From contig NC_083422.1 in NCBI RefSeq assembly GCF_020745735.1, positions 39,184,134 through 39,248,000 of the forward strand: a stretch of DNA of 63,867 nucleotides, given 5' to 3'. Below the pieces are notes generated by a model, which did not search any database, was not told the DNA's origin, and saw only the letters and a program-made list of their open reading frames with translations. Source of the DNA: Hemiscyllium ocellatum. Lineage: Eukaryota. Positions 60,873-63,867 of the stretch are shown here, one piece after another. The translations under genes were made by a program, and so were the position numbers. Position 1 is the stretch's first letter; each line of letters starts with the position of its first letter.

Positions 60873-63169
60873 GTAAGCATAAAAAAATCAAAGTTGTTTA
60901 GAGATAAGGTTTTAAGAATCGATAAATGTCAAATATATTCATAATTCTGGGGAGAATTCACAATACATCTAAGATCAGCGAAAGCAAACACCTCAAGATT
61001 AAAATATCCTGAAGGAAAGAAAGCTCACCTTATCTTTGACCTTGACCGATATAATTTATTAATATTGTGTCAATGTCTTTGATCACCCTCTACTCCTATA
61101 GGAAGTGCAGTTCATGTTGAGGTATTTAAACACAGTAAGAATTTCCTTCAACTTCTTCCCATCACTTTGTACTAAAGTAGCTGTGTATTTTCCACAAACT
61201 AATTGCAGTCAGAATGAAACTGTAAATTATTTAACTTAGTACCAAATATAACGGAAAAATGTTAAATTTTAAACAGGGAATATCTCCTATCCCAGTATTC
61301 TGGGAAATGAGCACAATTGTGGTCTGAAACATCATAATATTAAGCTGGAATTGATTTTTAGCCAAATTTTACTAATTGGGAATAACTTTGAAAAGTATAA
61401 TGCATTTATTGTCAAAACAACCTTTTTGAAGCTGCTTTGTGGATATGATTTTGGCAGCAAGTCTCTTTCTCTTATGGTGTTCACCTTTTGTTTGTTCCTT
61501 ACACATTTGCAGCCAAGGAGACGGGGGAATGGCTTAATTACAGTCCACACAAAAATGACAGACAAATGCCAGGGACCACTCAACCATGACCTTATACTAT
61601 GCCTTTCTCTTTGTGTAGGCACCATAGTACCCACTCATCATTCATCTTTTTTGAATTGTCTTGGTTCATTGAACTGAAGTGAGAATCAGTGCTGGATTAG
61701 TTTCTGCCAACCAGAGCAGTTGGTATGGCCCAATAAACTCTTGTTTCTCCATCTTTGTGGATGGGTAAACCTTCCAAGGTTCATAGTCTTTATGTTATGA
61801 GGAGTTTGGTTTAGATAGTGTGTTTGTGTACAGTACATATAACATTAGGCAAGACATGGTATGGCAGAGGCTATATTTCCACCCTACAATCAGGATTCAG
61901 TCTAGGATTGCACAAAAAGAATTCATGGTATGCATGAGTGAAAGTTGCAACTAACCCTAGCAGGGAGTCAGTTACATCAGGAAGAGATTAAGGAGAAGAA
62001 AATTAGTTTCACAGTGGGAAACTGGAGAAAGTCTCACTCCAAGCTGACGTCCGTTTTCGTGTTGAAACTGTTCTCCTGTTTGTTGTGCTAGAATGAGTGG
62101 TTTTCTGCACCAGCTAGTAAGATTTTCAATATATAATTACTGTGTGGAAACAGTTCCTGCAAGTGATGTGCAAACATTTCCATTTCACATCTCTGATAAT
62201 ATAGGTCCATAGCAAAATGTGAAAATAACAAGGTTCACAGAATTAATATCAGTTAACTTTTGCAAGTACTTGATGAATAAATAATGAATTTAAGGATGCA
62301 TTGGCATTACTGATAGAACATTTAACTGCATTAGTCTTATTTTTAATTGAGCTGTTCCTTCCACAGAAAAACTGCACAATTATTGCAAGGCGTAATTGCA
62401 AGTCTGCTTCACATGAAGACAATTCCATTACTTGAGGAACAATCCCAGGTAAAAAAAAATGACATTGTCAAAAATCTCACAATTATCTTGGAATTTGTGT
62501 TTTTAAAAAGCCAGAACTGTTGTATTATATCTTTTTCTGTTTTAGGAATATGTACAAACATTCAATTCATGGTTCAGCTTAGCTTTGTTTTTGCCTTCCA
62601 ACTAAAAATTGGTATTTATTAAACTTTAAAATTGGGCATCTTGCCCCACGTTGTTCTAACTTCAGAAGCAGTAGTTCAGTATTCCTTTAATATGTTATGG
62701 CTATGCGTTAAGACATCCTAAGTGTCATAATCTATATAAAAGTGGTTTTTAGTTCAAACAATACTTTTGATCATGCAAATTATAGGTAAAGGTAACTGTA
62801 ATTATAAATATTATATTTGAAGTTGATATTAAATAATCTTTTTTTCTGTTCACATTAAAAGTTATAGAGATACAGAAAAGCATGAAATCATCCAGGGCAT
62901 TTAAATTAATACCATCCAGTAAACAAGATAAAAATACTTTTGAGAGTCTCTTAACACTTTATTCTCTGCACCTGGGTTTGCATAAATAACCTTATTAATT
63001 CCTGCAAAACTGTTCACTCTACACTGTTATTCTACACTCTGCATAAACACTCTTCACTGTATTTTGTAACAAAATATGTGAAAATAAATCAAGTCAAATG
63101 GTCAACAAATCAGGTGGCATCTGGAGAGAGAGAGAGACTGAGCTAACACTTCAGATCAGAAATGAAAGG

Positions 63170-63597
63170 CTTGTCGTATGAGCAGACTGAAGAACTGTGA
63201 TTTGATGAAGTTTAGAAGGACGCAGGGGATCTGACTGAAACTTAAAGAATATTGAGAGGCTTGGATAGAGTGGATGTGGAGAAAATGTTTACACAGGAGA
63301 GTCTAGGACTTGAAGCGCAGCCTCGGAGTGAAAGGACAATCCTTTAGAACTGAGGTGATGAAGAATTTCTTCAGCCAGAGGGTGGTGAATCTGTGGAGCT
63401 CATTGCCACAGGAGGTTGTGGAGGCCTTGGCATTGACTGCACTTGAGAGAGATGGGTAGGGTTGTTGATTTGGTAAGGCGAATAAAGATTACGAGGAGAA
63501 AGCAGGAGAATGGGGGTTGAAAAAATATCAGCCATGATCAATTGGTGGAGCAGATTCAATGAACTTAATGGCTTAATTCTGCTCCTCTATCTTATGT
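63170..63597 (+). mobile_element. CR1 LINE 3' end
   Basis: GAATTTCTTCAGCCAGAGGGTGGTGAATCTGTGGA...AATTCTGCTCCTCTATCTTATG. Confidence 0.8.
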
Positions 63598-63867
63598 ACA
63601 TATTATCAATAAACCTCCATCAGAAATTTTATTTTATTGTTTTTATATGATTTTTGTTTGAGATTTGTTTTTATCCAGCAGAAAATATTTTACAAATGAA
63701 TGCACTTGGTAGATAAAGTGATTGCAGTATGAGTCCTAGCAGGCCAATGTCATGGGTGTGCACCATAATTTCCTGTCCATTTATTTGAGTGAATTAAAAA
63801 TTGTGCATACAATCGTGGTTCTGCGCTCCCATTCTGTGAAAATGTCTGAATTGGATCGCACATATAC

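Noticed and set aside
62340-63720. Further PLEKHS1 exons (acceptors near 62366, 62861, 63678)
   Set aside because: The required frame hits early stops or lacks the expected PH C-terminal helix Trp; not supportable

Overview
AT-rich vertebrate genomic DNA. The repeat content (HE1-type tRNA SINEs, CR1/HER1-type LINEs, Penelope-like elements) points to a shark or ray. Host genes are five coding exons of caspase-7 (+, 9953-19363; first coding exon not found in the window) and the first four coding exons of a PLEKHS1-like PH-domain gene (+, 55202-60872), the same order as the human CASP7-PLEKHS1 locus. Most of the rest is mobile DNA: a near full-length CR1 LINE (about 25070-29257), many CR1 fragments, about 14 HE1-like SINEs, Penelope pLTR/GIY-YIG remnants, a Rex1/Babar fragment, a decayed Harbinger transposase and a probable MITE. 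Most notable: (i) a family of short fold-back elements with 13-15 bp target-site duplications carrying minimal type I hammerhead-ribozyme motifs, including a tandem pair at 29342-29414 that could fold as a self-cleaving dimer; (ii) a GUF1 processed pseudogene inside a solo LTR inside a CR1 LINE, with TSDs readable for the retrocopy and the LTR; (iii) a decayed copy of the caspase-7 catalytic-His exon in the next intron; (iv) two local inverted templated duplications. All calls come from reading by eye plus recalled family knowledge; no database search was run and repeat boundaries are approximate.
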